This document shows, piece by piece, positions 61,238-64,000 of a stretch of 64,000 bases of DNA. Source of the DNA: Pristiophorus japonicus. Its lineage: Eukaryota. Position 1 is the first letter of the stretch; each line of letters opens with the position of its first letter. Location of the stretch: the NCBI RefSeq assembly GCF_044704955.1, contig NC_092003.1, positions 5,952,001 to 6,016,000 on the forward strand, in the 5' to 3' direction. Under the pieces are notes generated by a model, which was not told the origin of the DNA, made no database searches, and worked only from the letters and a program-made list of their open reading frames with translations. The position numbers and the translations under genes were made by a program.

Positions 61238-62233
61238 GTACAAACAGTGCAGTCGACCCTCGCTAGATGCCACCAACTGTTTGATTGTTGCTGCTACTTG
61301 TTATGTCTTCATTTTTGTAATTGTGTACAGGCTGAATATAAGTATATGTAAGGGCTCCTGATGAGTGACTTAGCAAATTAAGGTAGTGAATCTCTGGGAT
61401 GTTTCTGGTCTATATGGCAACTTTCTACTTCAACTAATCAACCCATTGGGTTATTTTACCTATTAATTTCCTTACAGGACCTGAAATATATAGACAGAAA
61501 GACTTGCATTTATACAGCACCTTTCATGACCACCAGATATCCCAAAGCATTTTACAGCCAATGAAGTATTTTTGAAGTATAATCACTGTAGGAAATGTGA
61601 CAGCCAATTTGCACACGGCAAGCTCTCATAAACAGCAAAGTGATAATGACCAGATTAACTGTTTTTGTTATGTTGATCGAGGGACAAATTTTGGCCATTA
61701 CACTCCCCTGCTCTTCTTTGAAACAGTGCCGTTGGATATTTTAAGTCCACCGGAGAGAGCAGATGGAGCCTCAATTTAATGTCTCACCCGAAAGATGGCA
61801 TCTCCGACAGTGCAGCGCTCCCTCAGCACTGCACCGGAGTGTCAGCCGAGAGTGGGACTTGAACCCGCAGCCTTCTGACTCAGAGGCGAGAGAGAGAGAG
61901 TGCTACCCACCGAGTCACAGCTCACACTGCCTCAGACTGTGTTGAATACTTCTTTATCTCATGGCTAACTAACTATTTTGACGCACTTTACATATTGTGT
62001 TTTCTGATGACTTTGCAAAGTATAGTCATTTTTTGGTTCTGTTAATTTACTTGTGTATTTTCATTCAAGGCTCAAGAATATACAGGAAAATATTGAGTAA
62101 TATATAGGAAAAGTCTAGATCATGAAGCTTAAGATTCCGTCTGGTACAGAACTTGAATTATCAATTATTAGTTAATCCCATTATCACTGTTTTTCCTTCC
62201 CCCAAATCAATCTATTATTTCTGTGTTAATTAG

Positions 62234-62317
62234 ATTTCTGCGAGGAGCAGCATTGTGATGACAGACTGCTTAACTATCAAGCATTTCTTACACAGGATCA
62301 GTATTGTCCATCCACAG
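62234..62317 (+). CDS. TOP6BL: TOP6BL coding exon 5 (ISARSSIVMTDCLTIKHFLHRISIVHPQ)
   Basis: ttag|84 nt|gtattg; strong match to recalled human LMTDCLVIKHFLRKIIMVHPK; the gene continues beyond the window. Confidence 0.9.
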
Positions 62318-62671
62318 GTATTGAGTATGACGGACATACCAGAGCAACTGGGTGACCTAGGAATAATAAAACATTAAATCACGTTAGAATATATAGCCGG
62401 AAATTTTGTTTCTTCACACTGAGGCCAATACGTTGAGTCTTCAAACATGGAGTATCGGCTGACCAGCTGGGGATCATGAATTACAGGGTTGGATGTGTCT
62501 GGAGTGAGTACAGGAGGGTCAGAGGACAAGTGGGGTGTGCCATAGTTTGTGGAGGGTGGAGAGGAAAGCTGTTGAAGCCAAGTTGAGGGGTAAGTTTCTA
62601 TTTTTATGTATTTGTAATGTGATTAAAAAAATGTAGGTTCATATAGAGGGAAGAGCAAGAGCTTTTTTTTA

Positions 62672-63800
62672 ATACGTTCCGGGATGTGGGGCATCGCTGG
62701 CAGGGCCAGTATTTATTGTCTATCTCTAATTGCCCTTGAGAATGTGGTAGTGAGCCTTTTTGAGCCACTGCAGTCCTTGTGGTGAAGGTGACCCCACAGT
62801 GCTGTTCGGGAGGGAGTTTGACCCAGCAATGATGAAGGAACGGCCGATATATTTCCAAGTCAGGATGGTGTGTAACTTATAGGGGAGCTTGCAGGTGATG
62901 CTGTACTTGTCCTTCTAGGTGGTAGAGGTCGTGGGTTTGGGAGGTGCTACCAAAGAAGCCATGGCGAGTTGCTGCAGTGCATCTTATAGATGGTACACAT
63001 AGCATCTACGCTGGTGGTAGAGGGAATGAATGTTGAAGGTGGTGATCAAGCGGGCTGCTTTGTCCTGGATGGTGTTGTCCTGAGTGTTGTTGGAACTTCA
63101 CTCATTGGGGCATGTGGAGAGTATTCCATCACACTCCTGACTTGTGCCTTGTAGATGGTAGAAAGGCTTTGGGGAGTCAGGAGGTGAGACACTTGCCGTA
63201 GAATACCCAGCCTCTGACCCTCTCTTGTTGCCACAGTATTTATGTGGCTGGTCCAGCTTTTGGTCAATGGTGACCCTCAGGATGTTGATTGGGGTGAGAG
63301 ATTTGGCAATGGTAATGCCACTGAATGTCAAGGGGAGGTGGTTAGACTCTCACTTGTTGGAGATGGTCATTGTTCTGGCACTTGTGAGGCGCGAATGCGA
63401 CTTGCCACTTATCAGCCCAAGCCTGAATGTCGTCCAGATCTTGCTGCATGCAGGCATGAACTGCTTCATTATCAGAGGAATTGCGAATGGAATTGAATAC
63501 TGTGCAATCATTAGTGAACATCCCCACTGCTGAACTGTTGATAGAAGGAAGGCCATTGATGAAGCAGCTGAAGATGGTTGGGCTTAGGACACTGCCCTGA
63601 AGAACTCCTTCAGCAATGTCCTGGGGCTGAGATGATTAACCTCCAACAACCACAACCATCTTCCTTTGTGCTGGGTATGACTCCAGCCAGTGGCGAGTAT
63701 TCCCCCTGATTCCTATTGACTTCAATTTTACTAGGGCTCCTTGAGGTCACACTCGATCAAATGCTGCCTTGATGTCAAGGGCAGTCACTCTCAGCTCACC
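62672..63800 (-). mobile_element. Non-LTR LINE RT / 3' end (same family as 44345-44985)
   Basis: WADKWQVAFAPHKC and YKAQVRSVMEYSP translations. Confidence 0.85.
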
Positions 63801-64000
63801 ATTGGTGCTATAGCTTAAAGAATTTGTTTTTTTTGCTGAAGTACAATTGTTACAGCATTTTTAGTTAGAAGGTGTTTGGGGGCAAATTGAAAATGGGTGG
63901 AAGACGTTTTGTATAACATGATTGGTGAATAAGAAAAATGGAAAATAACAATCAATTAGAAAGGCGAAAAGCACAAGAGACTTAACCAATGAAGAAAGAC

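Overview
Repeat-dense vertebrate genomic DNA. The repeat content (DeuSINE/SacSINE1-like SINEs, abundant CR1 LINEs) suggests a cartilaginous fish such as a shark; this is an inference. Three host genes are visible, two of them missed or only partly captured by the ORF track: (i) an acylphosphatase (ACYP-like) gene on the minus strand, with coding exon 17461-17521 and a 17-nt micro-exon at 8019-8035; (ii) an intronless GPR75-like GPCR at 45332-46933; (iii) the first five coding exons of TOP6BL/C11orf80 (meiotic TopoVIB-like, SPO11 partner), starting in a CpG island at 52476. Most of the remainder is transposable elements: about 10 CR1 copies (one with a nearly intact 979-aa ORF2), a decayed Gypsy LTR element, solo LTRs, a deleted Harbinger element and related MITEs, RTE/L2 fragments and many DeuSINEs, some with a 33-bp minisatellite. 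Highlights: a TSD-flanked retroposon built from circularly permuted U2 snRNA pieces; a non-LTR 3' tail found twice at the same site of one LTR family, whose empty site is also in the window; a minimal hammerhead ribozyme; a captured tRNA-iMet 3' end plus trailer inside a CR1; and an ACYP-GPR75-TOP6BL gene order that suggests whole-genome-duplication paralogues not retained at this position in mammals. All homology calls come from my recall of reference sequences, not from database searches.
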